A stretch of 64,000 nucleotides of DNA, taken from assembly GCA_963702425.1 (NCBI GenBank), contig CAVPCQ010000011.1:192001-256000 (forward strand). Reading direction: 5' to 3'. The DNA comes from an uncultured Acidobacteriota bacterium (lineage in GTDB: Bacteria; Acidobacteriota; Polarisedimenticolia; J045). Positions within the stretch are counted from its first letter, which is position 1. The number at the start of each line of letters is the position of its first letter. A program made the translations under genes and the position numbers. Below the pieces are notes generated by a model. The model worked only from the letters and a program-made list of their open reading frames with translations. It was not told the DNA's origin and did not search any database. This document shows positions 63,038 through 64,000 of this stretch, piece after piece.

Positions 63038-63830
63038 CCGGGTCGCGCTCCTGGCGCAGGACGATGGGCTGGCTTTCCCGTCCGCGCGAACCAGAGCCTG
63101 AGGACCGCGGCCACAACTGCGAGCGAGGTCAGAACCGCCACTCGCCTCCGCCACCCCGTCGGCGCGTCTCCCCTGACACTCTCCATGCACAATCGCAGAA
63201 CCGAATAGTCGCCGACGAACACGATGGCTGGAACTCCCGTCGGCTGCGACACGCGGGCGACACGCGGGCCCCCGCAACGAACACGAGCAGAAACGCGCAC
63301 CCCACCATTTCCTAGAGCGGGACTGGATGTAGCCCGGCGGGCCCGACCGCGATCCCGGCGGGGCTCAGAGCCTCGAATCGCATCGCCCAGGACAGGCTGC
63401 ATGGAGACACCGAAGCAGCATCCATGAAGGAAGCAGCCAAGCCGTCCGAGAATCTGCGCGAGCAGCATCGGGATCGCGGCGCTGTCGACGACCAGCGCTA
63501 CCCTCAATCCCAGAAGCCGCGAAGCGGCGGCCGCAACGCAACGCGCTCCGAGTCCGAATCCGAGAACGGAGTAGCCGCCGCCCTTCAGGCTTCCCGCATG
63601 ATCCAGCGACTGCGGCAAGCTCCACCCGAGAAACAGGAACGCCGCAGTAATCCGCGCCACGACGAGCCCGCCGATCATCCCGGAGAACAGAAGGACGACT
63701 CTGTTCCACGCCGAGACCTGACCGGGCGCGAACCAGTGGAACCATTCGACGCTCAGTACCAGTCCAATCAGCAGATCGTACGCCGAATCCGCTTCACTGG
63801 AGAGCGTACCGGGGAGACTCTGTACGTCCT
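63022..63830 (-). pseudogene. decayed prolipoprotein diacylglyceryl transferase (Lgt)-family gene
   Basis: GRLGCFLHGCCFG; after a frameshift near 63405, PCSLSWAMRF..LHPVPL*E (TAG at 63312-63314 where Tyr of HPxQLYE belongs); Y..LR...E..RGD back in the first frame; no in-frame start upstream of the SAY motif. Confidence 0.75.
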
Positions 63831-64000
63831 TGCCTGATCGTGACTAGTCCAACCACGCGAGCGAAATGACTTCTCCGCTGACGATCCTAGTGACGGGGTT
63901 CATTGTCCCCGTGAAAACGAGTTTCGCCCGCGCTGGAGCGCTACTCGGGTAGTACGTATTCGTGAGGTTCACGAAGTGCTCAGTGCCGACAGGGTTCGCT
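63038..64000. mobile_element. edge of a putative genomic island integrated in uvrA
   Basis: Abrupt loss of UvrA homology at about 63038, with a GC drop (hand counts: 51/60 in 62821-62880, 33/60 in 63841-63900). No integrase visible in the window. Confidence 0.55.
63844..64000 (-). CDS. 3' end of an unknown ORF running off the right edge
   Basis: Open frame ...LVFTGTMNPVTRIVSGEVISLAWLD-TAG ending just before the Lgt-like remnant; lower GC. Confidence 0.35.
   Translation of the reverse strand, partial: ANPVGTEHFVNLTNTYYPSSAPARAKLVFTGTMNPVTRIVSGEVISLAWLD

Overview
Very GC-rich bacterial chromosomal segment. The TonB-dependent receptor style, PDZ-sensor kinase and secreted-protein families suggest Acidobacteriota (inference). 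About 40 real genes lie among many GC-driven shadow ORFs. In order: (i) a minus-strand block of an outer-membrane protein, PDZ/GAF/PAS histidine kinase, NtrC-type sigma-54 activator and a frameshifted TonB-dependent receptor; (ii) gatCA, a LysM amidase, a tandem pair of TPR-DUF3857-transglutaminase-like proteins (one with the catalytic triad, one without) and a beta-sandwich repeat protein; (iii) Rieske oxygenase, DinB-like protein, internally deleted LysE, Fe-S nitroreductase, and DGPF/ECF42 sigma with its promoter, then an SDR and acnA; (iv) FG-GAP protein, DUF481 barrel, aqpZ, PPi-type PFK, HAD and PPK2; (v) a TPAT (TatT/TatP/DctQM) transporter, Uma2 nuclease, and a TolC-MFP-RND pump whose permease is fused to tandem NTF2-like domains, downstream of a small secreted protein with a textbook sigma-54 promoter; (vi) divergent tricorn and M16 proteases, a FabX/NMO-like enzyme, a MenAT1-like toxin-antitoxin pair and a TMTC-like glycosyltransferase. 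The window ends with an orphan 3' end of uvrA abutting lower-GC DNA with a decayed Lgt-like gene, probably the junction of an element integrated in uvrA. I saw no rRNA, tRNA, CRISPR array or transposase. All family calls come from motif recognition, not database searches.
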